Shown here: piece after piece, positions 1-8,573 of the stretch
Layout of the letters: each line of letters begins with the position of its first letter
Position numbering within the stretch: position 1 is the first letter of the stretch
Assembly (NCBI GenBank): GCA_965651905.1
Contig: CBFGUG010000014.1
Location: 39,356 to 103,355 of the forward strand
Direction: 5' to 3'
From: an uncultured bacterium
Lineage (GTDB): Bacteria; Myxococcota_A; Polyangia; Polyangiales; Polyangiaceae
Length of the DNA: 64,000 bases
Notes under the pieces: generated by a model
Databases searched by the model: none
What the model saw: only the letters and a program-made list of their open reading frames with translations
Told to the model about the DNA's origin: nothing
Made by a program: the position numbers and the translations under genes

Positions 1-1
1 A

Positions 2-109
2 GGCAAGGTCAACGGTCAACAGCTGTTCTTCGGTGGCAAGCTGCAGATTGATGGCGATATGCAGCTCGCATTGAAGTTGCAGCGACTGACCGAGATAATC
101 CAAGGCTGA
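2..109 (+). CDS. 3' end of an SCP2 (sterol carrier protein 2)-like domain protein; 5' end lies outside the window
   Basis: Open frame from the window edge to TGA at 107-109. Translation GKVNGQQLFFGGKLQIDGDMQLALKLQRLTEIIQG resembles the SCP2 C-terminal GKLKIxGdMxLAmKL motif. Confidence 0.55.
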   Translation, partial: GKVNGQQLFFGGKLQIDGDMQLALKLQRLTEIIQG

Positions 110-123
110 TACGTCGCTCGGGC

Positions 124-948
124 ATGTCACGCGTCGTTCACTTCCTAGGCCCAGAGGGGACTTTCGCGCATGCCGCCGCGCTGGCGCATTTCGGCTCGAC
201 GGCGACGCTAACGCCGGGCCAAAGCGTGCTCGATGTGTTCGAAACGGTGACCGCGAACGCTGAAGATCTCGGTGTCGTGCCGATCGAAAACTCGATCGAG
301 GGAAGCGTGAGCCTCACGTTGGAAGCGCTGGCCGACGACGCTTCACCGTTGATCGTCGGAGAAATCATCGTCGCTGTCGAGCAATGCTTGCTTGGGACTG
401 GCAACATGGCGGACATACGTGGCGTGATGTCCCATCCGCATGGTTTGGCACAATGTAAACACTGGTTGCGCAAGAACTTGCCTGACGCCGAGCGAGTCAC
501 GACCGCATCCACGGCGGCGGCGGCGTTTGCCGTGCGCGGCAGGCCCGAGCTTGCGGCCGTGGCTAGCGAACTTGCAGGTAAACTCGCAGGGTTGCAGGTG
601 CTGGCCAAAGGGATTCAAGACGGCAAGCGTAACGCAACGCGCTTCGTCGTCTTGGGGCACCAGTTGCCATCTTCGACGGGCAGCGACAAGACGAGCATCT
701 TGTTCGACACTCCGCATGAACGTGGCGCATTGCATGGGGTGCTCGGAGTTTTCGAACGTCATGGGATCAACTTGTCACGCATCGAGTCGCGTCCCATGCC
801 AGGTGAGCTGTGGCACTACGTGTTCTACGCCGACCTCGAAGGTCATCGCGACGACCCCAACGTCAGCGCTGCGCTCGCCGAGTTGGCCACGCGTGAGCGG
901 CAAGTGAAAGTACTCGGCAGTTACCCAACAGCAAACCAACCGAGCTGA
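124..948 (+). CDS. pheA: Prephenate dehydratase (PDT catalytic domain plus C-terminal ACT domain)
   Basis: 274-aa ORF. It has FLGPEGTFAHAAA at the N-terminus, NATRFVVLG, and ACT-region LSRIESRP, all typical of PheA-type prephenate dehydratases. Confidence 0.9.
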   Translation: MSRVVHFLGPEGTFAHAAALAHFGSTATLTPGQSVLDVFETVTANAEDLGVVPIENSIEGSVSLTLEALADDASPLIVGEIIVAVEQCLLGTGNMADIRGVMSHPHGLAQCKHWLRKNLPDAERVTTASTAAAAFAVRGRPELAAVASELAGKLAGLQVLAKGIQDGKRNATRFVVLGHQLPSSTGSDKTSILFDTPHERGALHGVLGVFERHGINLSRIESRPMPGELWHYVFYADLEGHRDDPNVSAALAELATRERQVKVLGSYPTANQPS

Positions 949-1156
949 GCTTTGAGCTCTCGTCCTACCGACGTCAGCTAATCCAACGCGACTTCGCGCG
1001 TCGCAAGCGGCAAGTTACGCGCGCGTATGGTTCATCGATAGCATGAACAGCGCAGGCAGCTTGGCGCGTGCCAGGGTGAGACGTGCTTGGCGGGGGCGAG
1101 ACCCTGCAGACGTGCCTCCAGAGCCCTCTCTGGCAACGAGTAGCTTGCCAGCAACA

Positions 1157-1528
1157 TCAACCTTCAATCACCACCCCCTCATAGTAGAATCGCTCTTGAA
1201 CGATCTTGCCACGCTCCCAAGTCTGGACGGCAACCAGTTCCAGTCGGGCAGCCGTGCCGTCCGTCTCGAAGTAGCGAACGGTATACTCGAGAAACACGTG
1301 CCCCTCGTCCGCGTCCATCGCGCGCTTGTGCATCTTGAACTGCGGCTTCGCTTGCAGAGTGCTCAGACGTTCCCTCTCGTACTCGAGGCACTGCTGCCTC
1401 CCTGCACGTGAGAGAGCACGGTTCTCGAACACACAAACATCGTCTGCGTAGTAGCGCTCGATCGCCGTCAGAGTGTCTCCCTCCGAAAGCAGTCTCACGA
1501 AATCGTCGACGAACTCGGTTGAGCTCAC
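1157..1528 (-). CDS. SnoaL/NTF2-like small protein
   Basis: 123-aa ORF whose length and pattern (ERYYADDVCVFEN...GKIVQERFYYE) resemble SnoaL-like NTF2-fold proteins. Its start overlaps the upstream gene's stop by 4 nt (1525-1528). Confidence 0.55.
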   Translation of the reverse strand: MSSTEFVDDFVRLLSEGDTLTAIERYYADDVCVFENRALSRAGRQQCLEYERERLSTLQAKPQFKMHKRAMDADEGHVFLEYTVRYFETDGTAARLELVAVQTWERGKIVQERFYYEGVVIEG

Positions 1529-3807
1529 ACCTTCTCCCCTTCCGAATCCATGACTGGTCCCGGATCATCGAGCTGCTCGCGTGTCGTGCGTCCTGCGAGA
1601 GAACACAGCTCTGCCCGTATTTGCGGCTCGTCACGTGTGTCGTGAAACTTCGAGTAGTCGATCATCATGCGACCGTCTTCGAGTTCCTCCAGCACGTCGA
1701 CGAAACGATGCCCGACCCGTATGTCTTGTGGAAGGTATGTATGACGGGCGTAGGTCGTCTGTCCATAGGTTCCATCGTGACCAAGCAAAGTGACGACAAT
1801 CGAAATCAGGTAACGTTCGGGTTCGTTCCAGTCCACGCCAGCAAACGGGCTGTCGTCGTCGATGACGTGCATCGCCGTCCAAGACAGAACGAACATGGGG
1901 CTTCGGCTGCGCTGCAATTCGACGGAGTGGAGACGCCGCAGATGTTCGCCCTCTGGACTCAGTTCATCCTTGAGCACGACGAGCTCCATCGAAGCATCAA
2001 CGAGGTCGTTACCGCGAGCGTTACCCACTCGTAACATCAGGGTCGGCTTCCCGTGCAATTTCGTAATCGTGACGGGTTTACTGAATAGTACGCTCGCTCG
2101 AGGACGGCTGGCTTTGGCGAAAATGAACCCCGTGACGATCGCCACACCGATCATCGAGAACGCGGCCTGTATCGACGCGACCGCGTTGGCGTAATCGCTC
2201 TTCGGGTAGAGGCTGCCGTAGCCGATCGTCGACATGGTTTGAACGCTGAGGAAGAACGCGTCGGCGAACGACCTCTGACGGCCATTGCCGATCGCGTCAA
2301 CCTCGAAGGTGTAGAGCGCCGCGAAAAACACGTTTACCGCCAAGAAAGCGAAGCCGAGCGATACGAACACTCGAGTCCATCCCCCCGACATGAAATAGAA
2401 GTACAAGTCGCCCCGAAGCTCGGACGGAGCGCCCTTGCGAACGGTTTGCGACATGTCCCGGCGCAAGCGCACCGCTTGTCCCCCGGCGGCCGAGCGCTTG
2501 GCGATCTGAGTCAGCGACTGCTTCCCCAACTCGGCCTCGGCACTCTCTTGTAGCGGGGCCAGCATCATGTCGAACACGACCTGCGAGACGACCAGCACGG
2601 TGACCAGGGTCAGGAACAACCCGCCACTCATTCCCCCACCTGCGGGAGCCAACACCAGCACGACACAGCCGGAGAACAGCCGCATGTTCGTGCGCGCCCG
2701 ATCCGTGATCTGGGCGTGCTTTCGTTCGGTCACCGTATCGAGAGCGGCTACTCCGAACAACGCGAGACTCACGAATCCAGCGAGAAGCCAACGGTATCCG
2801 TCGGGGGCTGCCACATCCCAATTGAAATGCAGAGCTTTCTTGATCGCGACGCCCATGCCTGTGAAGCCAATCTGTACGGGCAAGTGCGCATACAACCAGA
2901 CGATCCAGCGTGCGCGTCCGGGTTTCAAATGCGACTCGGCGATGTCGTCGAAGTAGACCCACCACATGCCGCAGGTAATCGAAAGCAGTACCGCGGTTTG
3001 TGCGTAGAGGGGTAGTCCTTGTTTCTCTGCTGACAATGCCGACAGTATCTTCACGAAAGACTCGCCGAGAACGATCAATGTGAGCAGTGCGTAACGCTCA
3101 GCGAGGTGGTGAAAGTCGTAGGGCTGTCGGTCACTGAGCTCGAGCGACTGACGACTCAGTGGCGCCATCAGCACCATTAGCGTTGCAATCGCCCACAATC
3201 CAAACGCCAATCCGCTAGGAAGCCACGCAGCGATCACCCACGCGATCCCGCTGAGCGCGAAGACGCGCCCCCAGTAGCGTGCATACGCCCTAGTTTCCGG
3301 CACCTGGTAATAGGCGCGCCAGTTGAGCAGTGACACGATCAGTTGCGCGACACCTGTAAACAGCGAGAAACCCGCGACCTCGCCACCAACGACCGTGGAC
3401 GCGCCGATGGCCATACCTCCGACGGCAAACATCTGAAAGAAGACGAGGATGCGGTGGGCGAAATCATCGACCGTGTAGCGGTTGATGAAGAACGTCAGCC
3501 CCGTCCACGCCACCCACAGCGGCACGAACGCCCCTGCGAATGCCAGCGCGCCAAACACGGAGACGTGTTCACTCAAACCGTTCCCAAGCTGAATGAAGGC
3601 AGCGACGAAAATCAGGTCGTAGAAGAGCTCGAGCCAGGTCGCGCGCTTCTGAAGCCCTAGGGCGGTGCTATGAAAGTGTGGCCTATGGAACCAACGACTC
3701 CTCATCTGACTTTCACCAACCCACACCAGCTCGTCATCACCGCAGTCTAGTTGAACACCAGAGGAGCGCGGTCTCGAAATTGACGCGCCACCGACGCCGC
3801 CGCTCAC
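1525..3807 (-). CDS. Fusion protein: N-terminal LtrA-like polytopic membrane domain plus C-terminal KirBac-type inward-rectifier K+ channel
   Basis: Uninterrupted 760-codon ORF. The N-terminal half carries the LtrA signature WLELFYDLIFVAAF and many hydrophobic segments. The C-terminal ~300 aa has M1, a pore helix with the filter SVQTMSTIGYGSLYP, M2, and a Kir cytoplasmic domain (RASVLFSKPVTITKLHGKPTLMLRVGN...). The start is uncertain; an in-frame ATG at 3705 (MRSRWFHRPHF) is a plausible alternative. Confidence 0.8.
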   Translation of the reverse strand: MSGGVGGASISRPRSSGVQLDCGDDELVWVGESQMRSRWFHRPHFHSTALGLQKRATWLELFYDLIFVAAFIQLGNGLSEHVSVFGALAFAGAFVPLWVAWTGLTFFINRYTVDDFAHRILVFFQMFAVGGMAIGASTVVGGEVAGFSLFTGVAQLIVSLLNWRAYYQVPETRAYARYWGRVFALSGIAWVIAAWLPSGLAFGLWAIATLMVLMAPLSRQSLELSDRQPYDFHHLAERYALLTLIVLGESFVKILSALSAEKQGLPLYAQTAVLLSITCGMWWVYFDDIAESHLKPGRARWIVWLYAHLPVQIGFTGMGVAIKKALHFNWDVAAPDGYRWLLAGFVSLALFGVAALDTVTERKHAQITDRARTNMRLFSGCVVLVLAPAGGGMSGGLFLTLVTVLVVSQVVFDMMLAPLQESAEAELGKQSLTQIAKRSAAGGQAVRLRRDMSQTVRKGAPSELRGDLYFYFMSGGWTRVFVSLGFAFLAVNVFFAALYTFEVDAIGNGRQRSFADAFFLSVQTMSTIGYGSLYPKSDYANAVASIQAAFSMIGVAIVTGFIFAKASRPRASVLFSKPVTITKLHGKPTLMLRVGNARGNDLVDASMELVVLKDELSPEGEHLRRLHSVELQRSRSPMFVLSWTAMHVIDDDSPFAGVDWNEPERYLISIVVTLLGHDGTYGQTTYARHTYLPQDIRVGHRFVDVLEELEDGRMMIDYSKFHDTRDEPQIRAELCSLAGRTTREQLDDPGPVMDSEGEKV

Positions 3808-3877
3808 GCGGGCTCAGCACCCCATCGGCAGTGGGGACTCGCGTCGGGAAACCTCAGGGCTCGCGGCGACGCCAACG

Positions 3878-4450
3878 TTACTTGCATGAACGCGAGTAGT
3901 CGTGCCTCGCGCGCTCGCAACGGGCGTTGCCATCCGCACACTTGCCCTCGAGCGAATCAGGCAGTTCCTCGGTGAGGCGGCAGATACGTTCGGCCAGGTC
4001 GCAAATCCGGTCACGATGCAGTGCCGCACGCTCACAGTCTGGCGCACCGCTCGAGAGGGCGTTCTGCAACGCGACGAGGCTATCGCGTTGCAAAGCGCCC
4101 AGTTCCGCCAGTACGTCCGCCTCCAGAGCCTCGTCATCCCGCACTTCTACGCGCGATGGCTGCGGTTCCGCTGGCGAGGGAGCTCGAGCCGGGGGTGGTG
4201 CGGCGGGTGGCGGGGGAGCAAAGCCCCCGCCTGGCTCTGACGCCTTCTTCTTGGGCGCGTCTGGCTTGGAGTCTGCTTCCGTCGAATCTGTACCATCGCG
4301 GAGCGACTCGTTTTCGTAAACCGCTTCGCTGGCTGGATCTACCGGGGGCGCTTCAGGCTCGGCGCGACTCGGGGACTGGGGCTCTGGCTTCGACTGACAT
4401 GCCGAGAGCAACGCTCCGACCAACAAATAGCGCAGCACCGCCCGCGTCAT
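3878..4450 (-). CDS. Lipoprotein, function unknown (proline-rich spacer, Cys-containing helical C-terminus)
   Basis: The internal ATG at 4450 gives MTRAVLRYLLVGALLSACQ, a signal peptide with a lipobox. This ATG overlaps the TGA of the upstream gene (ATGA, 4447-4450). The longer 273-aa ORF in the track looks like an artefactual extension. Confidence 0.6.
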   Translation of the reverse strand: MTRAVLRYLLVGALLSACQSKPEPQSPSRAEPEAPPVDPASEAVYENESLRDGTDSTEADSKPDAPKKKASEPGGGFAPPPPAAPPPARAPSPAEPQPSRVEVRDDEALEADVLAELGALQRDSLVALQNALSSGAPDCERAALHRDRICDLAERICRLTEELPDSLEGKCADGNARCERARHDYSRSCK

Positions 4451-5046
4451 CGGCCCTCCAAACTTCGCTTCATCAGCTCTTCGTTCATCACCAACGCTCG
4501 ATGGTAGGTCTTGACCGCTTGGGTCTTGTCCCCCAACTGCTCCAAGGCTTTGCCCTGTACCATGAGCAAGTTGGAAGCAGGTAAGCTGGTCTGCGTCGAC
4601 ACGGCGAGTCCTTGCTCCGCTCGCTCCACAGCTCGCCGAGGCTCGCCGAGCGCCAAGTCCAAAGCCGCCAAGCGTGCTAGCAAGTCTTGTCGCAACCACA
4701 CGCTACCCGGACGCTGGTCGTCTGGCGCCGTATCGAGTAATCGTTCGAGTTCGGATCTCGCTGCGAGCTGTTGCGCCTTGGATTCCGCAAGGTCGGCTTT
4801 GGCGTGGGCCCCCTGAAGTCTTCCGATCCAGCCCTCGTTCGCTGCAGCTTCCTCCCGCTCGGAGCTGTCAGCGACTCGACCCGTGAGTTCACCTGAAGCG
4901 GGCTTCGACTCCTCGAGCGAGGAGCTGCGATCCGTCGAACAAGCAATGCACGCGTACAGGCATGCCAGAACCATGATCGGACGACTCAACCTGCTTGCAC
5001 GGCGGGAGCCAAAGCCCCACGCCTCACTGCTCGAACGGCGGAACAT
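4447..5046 (-). CDS. Lipoprotein with TPR-like helical region
   Basis: 199-aa ORF with signal/lipobox LACLYACIACS and a helical-repeat-like C-terminus (LMVQGKALEQLGDKTQAVKTYHRAL). Its start overlaps the upstream stop by 1 nt (TGATG at 5044-5048). Confidence 0.55.
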   Translation of the reverse strand: MFRRSSSEAWGFGSRRASRLSRPIMVLACLYACIACSTDRSSSLEESKPASGELTGRVADSSEREEAAANEGWIGRLQGAHAKADLAESKAQQLAARSELERLLDTAPDDQRPGSVWLRQDLLARLAALDLALGEPRRAVERAEQGLAVSTQTSLPASNLLMVQGKALEQLGDKTQAVKTYHRALVMNEELMKRSLEGR

Positions 5047-5576
5047 CAGCGGTAGTGTTCCTCCAACGACGCCAGCACGGCGTTACGATATTCACCCATG
5101 TGTTGCTCGAACGCCTCACGCGTTTCGGTTTCGTCCGAGTTCATGTAGTCGGCTTGAGCCTCGAGCAATGCCGTGGGCGGCTCTGGAATGGGCGCCGCCG
5201 CGAGAGGCGGAGCATCCGACCCTGACTCGCCCACATCGAGCACTACCAGAAGCGCTGCGGCTCCGGCCAACATGGGCAGCAGCACCCATAGCCACGGTTG
5301 CTTCGAGTCACGCGACGCGGCGGCGTCACTGAACTTCGCTCCCGCCTCGAGCTCCGACCACAACTGCTGAGAACGCTCTTTCTTCAGCTCGGGTTGTTGA
5401 CTGACACGTAGCAGTGCGGCCGCTTCGAGCGCTTCCTCGGACACGGACGACGCCACGCCGCGATCGAGCGCGCGCGCCAAAGCTTCTGCTTCAGCGAGTT
5501 CGTCTTGGCTCGGCTCTTCATCGTCGGGCCACTGCCACTCGTCGTCTCGCTCAACCACGGTCACCTTCCTTAACAT
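5046..5576 (-). CDS. Putative membrane-anchored anti-sigma factor
   Basis: 176-aa ORF immediately downstream of, and overlapping, the ECF sigma gene. It has an acidic N-terminal region, one predicted TM segment (PWLWVLLPMLAGAAALLVVL) and an extracytoplasmic tail. The call rests on position and topology only; no zf-HC2 motif was seen. Confidence 0.4.
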   Translation of the reverse strand: MLRKVTVVERDDEWQWPDDEEPSQDELAEAEALARALDRGVASSVSEEALEAAALLRVSQQPELKKERSQQLWSELEAGAKFSDAAASRDSKQPWLWVLLPMLAGAAALLVVLDVGESGSDAPPLAAAPIPEPPTALLEAQADYMNSDETETREAFEQHMGEYRNAVLASLEEHYR

Positions 5577-6333
5577 TGTCGTCTGCGAGCAGGTCCCACT
5601 GCTTGCGTAGCGCCTTGAGCGCCCGTAGCAACACCACGTCGAACGTACCGAGGCGGACCTGCAGCTCCTCGGCGCAGGCTTCCCGCGACAGCTCCCGGAA
5701 GAATCGAAGCTCGATGGCCAGACGATAGCGGGGGTTCAGCTGCTCCAGGCAAGTGGTGATGCGCGCCCGCACCGTCAAGTATTGGTCGCGAATCTCGACT
5801 GCACCATCTGGCGTCACTGGCGCATCCAGCAGCGGGATCAGTTGCGTTTCCAGGTTCGCGATCGCCCGCCCGGTGACGCCGCGCGCGCGATGCATGTCGA
5901 CGGCCTTGTTCGATGCGATGCGCGAAAGCCAAAAGTAGATGCTCGCGCCGCGCGGCTCGAACTGCGCCACGCGTTCGATGGCGGTGCGAAATGTCTCGGC
6001 GAGCGCGTCCTCAGCCGCAGCGTGGTTTCCCAGCTTAGGTAGCAGGACGCGAGCAAATAGCCGCTTGGCGTAAGCTTCGTAGAGTTCGCCCCACGCTTGA
6101 CGGTCGCCTCGCCGCGCTCGCGCGAGCACCTGGGTCTCCCAACGCAGGTGCACGTCGTCGTTGAGATCCGAGTTGGTGTCCGAAACGGAATTCGAGTTCA
6201 CCCCAGCACCGCTGGCCTTGCTCCACCGCCCATCAGCAGACGAGCGCTGCGCCCACACGCGCCGCCACCGTGTAACCGCCGAGGGCGCGACGGGGCAAGT
6301 GAACTCGCTCAGGCTGGACGCCGCGAATGACAT
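5551..6333 (-). CDS. ECF-type RNA polymerase sigma factor
   Basis: Region 2-like AWGELYEAYAKRLFARVL...AEDALAETF and region 4-like LNPRYRLAIELRFFRELSREACAEELQVRLGTFDVVLLRALKALR. The true start is probably internal (for example GTG at 6201), because the first ~45 aa are atypical. Confidence 0.85.
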   Translation of the reverse strand: MSFAASSLSEFTCPVAPSAVTRWRRVWAQRSSADGRWSKASGAGVNSNSVSDTNSDLNDDVHLRWETQVLARARRGDRQAWGELYEAYAKRLFARVLLPKLGNHAAAEDALAETFRTAIERVAQFEPRGASIYFWLSRIASNKAVDMHRARGVTGRAIANLETQLIPLLDAPVTPDGAVEIRDQYLTVRARITTCLEQLNPRYRLAIELRFFRELSREACAEELQVRLGTFDVVLLRALKALRKQWDLLADDNVKEGDRG

Positions 6334-6473
6334 GTGACCGCAACGCCTGCTGTGCGGATTGCTTACAGCGACGTGCCAAACGCGACGCCACCCCCCCTTC
6401 AGGCCAGCGGTCCGGCGGTCGAGTGTAAGCCGCCGCTAGCGGTGGCGTTACGCCCCCACCACCCGGAGGAACC

Positions 6474-8258
6474 ATGAAATTTCGACTCAAGCCAATCACC
6501 GTCGTCTTCGCCCTCTTGGCAGCCAGCGCCTGTCAGAAAGCCGAGCCCCAAACCCCCGCCGATGACTCGTCGAGCAGTGAAACCCGAGAGCATGACGCCG
6601 AGCGTCTGCAGCACGCCCCCGCAGAAGAGTATCAAAACGGTCCTGCACAGCAGTCCCCCGCTCAACAGTCCCCAATGCCCCAGGTCCCAGCGCCTCAGGC
6701 GGCGAAGGAAAAAGCCGAAATGGCGGACGTCGCGGAAGCAGAGCCTGGCGTCGCCGGCGGCGCGCCGATGGCAGAGAGCAAGCCGCGCGCGCTGGCGCGC
6801 AGAGCACCCGCCAAGCTGAACATCGCACAGCCGCACGCCCCACCGCCCGTAGCCAACACGGAGAGCTACGATCACGTGACCGAGAACGGATTCAAGTCCG
6901 TGAACACTCAGCCGCTATCTACCTTCAGCATCGACGTCGATACCGCCTCCTACAGCAACGTGCGCCGAATGCTCAGCAGCTCTTCTGCGATCCCCAAGGG
7001 TGCCGTGCGCATCGAGGAGATGCTCAACTATTTCAGCTACGACTACCCAGAGCCCAAAGACGCGCGTCCCTTTTCAGTGAACACCGAGGTCGCGGCCGCA
7101 CCCTGGAACGAAAAGCACCAGCTAGTGCGCATTGGTTTACAGGGAAAGCGAATCGCACAGAAGGCCATGCCGCCGCGCAACTTGGTGTTCCTCCTCGACG
7201 TTTCAGGCTCGATGGGACAACCGAACAAGCTGCCGCTGCTCAAGCGCAGCCTGTCAGCCATGGTGGATACGCTGAACGCGAAAGATCGCGTGTCGATTGC
7301 AGTCTACGCCGGGGCCAGCGGCCTCGTGCTTCCGCCGACGCCTGGCAACCAGAAGCGCGACATCCTCGACTCGCTCGAGCGGCTACAAGCGGGCGGCAGT
7401 ACCAATGGCGGCGCAGGCATCGAGCTCGCCTACAGCGTGGCAGAGATGAACAAGCGCGACGGGGGCGTCAACCGTGTCATCCTCGCGACGGACGGTGACT
7501 TCAACGTGGGCACGAGCAGCCAGAGCGACCTGGTCGACTTGATCGAGCAGAAGCGCAAGAGTGGGGTCCACCTGACCGTGCTCGGTTTCGGCATGGGCAA
7601 CTACAAGGACTCGACGCTGGAAGCGCTGGCCAACAAAGGTGACGGCAACTACGCCTACATCGACAGCTTCTCGGAAGCGCGCAAAGTCTTGATCGAACAA
7701 GCGGGAGCCACGTTGGTCACGATCGCCAAGGACGTGAAGATCCAAGTCGAGTTCAATCCCCGCTGGGTCGGCGCGTATCGTTTGATCGGCTACGAGAACC
7801 GCGCCCTGGCAAACGAAGACTTCAACAACGACGCCAAGGACGCAGGTGAAATTGGGGCGGGTCACAGCGTAACGGCGCTGTACGAAATCGTCCCCCCGGC
7901 CCTCGCAAGAGACCTGACGGGGGTCGACGCGCTCAAGTACCAGAAGCCCGGCGTGCCCAGCGGCAGTGACGAGCTACTCACGGTCAAGTTGCGCTACAAA
8001 GCCCCGAACTCCGACACCAGTCAGCTGATCCAACACGCGCTCGGGCGAGACGCGATCACCGACTCACCCTCGGTTGACTTCCGCTTCTCGTCGGCGGTTG
8101 CAGCATTTGGCATGTTGCTCACGGACTCGGAGCACAAAGGCAACGCCAGCTACGACGCAGTGCGCCGTCAAGCGCTGGGGGCGCTAGGAGCCGATCCTCA
8201 GGGTCGCCGCAGTGAGTTTGTTTCCTTGGTTGCCAAGGCCGCGTCCGTTGGGCGCTGA
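6474..8258 (+). CDS. von Willebrand factor type A domain lipoprotein, YfbK-like
   Basis: Signal/lipobox FALLAASAC; N-terminal PLSTFSIDVDTASYSNVRRML; VWA MIDAS motif LVFLLDVSGSMG; long C-terminal extension as in YfbK-type proteins. GGAGG lies 6 nt upstream of the ATG. Confidence 0.85.
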   Translation: MKFRLKPITVVFALLAASACQKAEPQTPADDSSSSETREHDAERLQHAPAEEYQNGPAQQSPAQQSPMPQVPAPQAAKEKAEMADVAEAEPGVAGGAPMAESKPRALARRAPAKLNIAQPHAPPPVANTESYDHVTENGFKSVNTQPLSTFSIDVDTASYSNVRRMLSSSSAIPKGAVRIEEMLNYFSYDYPEPKDARPFSVNTEVAAAPWNEKHQLVRIGLQGKRIAQKAMPPRNLVFLLDVSGSMGQPNKLPLLKRSLSAMVDTLNAKDRVSIAVYAGASGLVLPPTPGNQKRDILDSLERLQAGGSTNGGAGIELAYSVAEMNKRDGGVNRVILATDGDFNVGTSSQSDLVDLIEQKRKSGVHLTVLGFGMGNYKDSTLEALANKGDGNYAYIDSFSEARKVLIEQAGATLVTIAKDVKIQVEFNPRWVGAYRLIGYENRALANEDFNNDAKDAGEIGAGHSVTALYEIVPPALARDLTGVDALKYQKPGVPSGSDELLTVKLRYKAPNSDTSQLIQHALGRDAITDSPSVDFRFSSAVAAFGMLLTDSEHKGNASYDAVRRQALGALGADPQGRRSEFVSLVAKAASVGR

Positions 8259-8375
8259 GCTGTAGGGGACCGGACTCGCGCGGAAACCACTGCAGAATCG
8301 AAACTCGGATTTTCATGTTTGTAACATGACCCACTAGTAGGCGCATGTAACCACCTGATAGCATAATAGAGCACA

Positions 8376-8392
8376 TTGGCACACTTGGTGCT
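8376..8392 (+). promoter_or_regulatory. Candidate sigma54 (-24/-12) promoter
   Basis: TTGGCACACTTGGTGCT has GG at 8378-8379 and GC at 8390-8391 with the canonical 12-nt GG-to-GC register. It differs from the TGGCAC-N5-TTGC consensus by one base (GTGC). A CATGTT-TGT-AACATG palindrome lies about 60 bp upstream at 8314-8328. Confidence 0.3.
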
Positions 8393-8402
8393 CTATCAGG
8401 AG

Positions 8403-8510
8403 ACAGTTCAAACGCATCTTCTGTCACAGGGGCCATTCCCCTCCCCCCTCCCCTGGCCCCTGTGCTTTTTTCGCCGAGACCGAGCTCACACGCTCGGTCT
8501 CGGTCTTTTG
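8403..8510 (+). ncRNA. Candidate small RNA (ends inferred, not measured)
   Basis: Non-coding stretch downstream of the sigma54-like promoter. An 11-bp stem (8425-8435 / 8454-8464) closes an 18-nt C-rich loop TTCCCCTCCCCCCTCCCC and is followed by TTTTTT (8466-8471). A second terminator hairpin follows immediately at 8474-8510. Confidence 0.3.
8474..8510 (+). terminator. Rho-independent terminator (second of two in tandem)
   Basis: Perfect 12-bp stem CCGAGACCGAGC / GCTCGGTCTCGG with a 6-nt loop, followed by TCTTTTG. Confidence 0.6.
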
Positions 8511-8573
8511 TGCTCGTGCACCACGCCAGGGGCGCATCGAACCCGCCGCAACAGCCCGTGTGGGGCTCACCAG

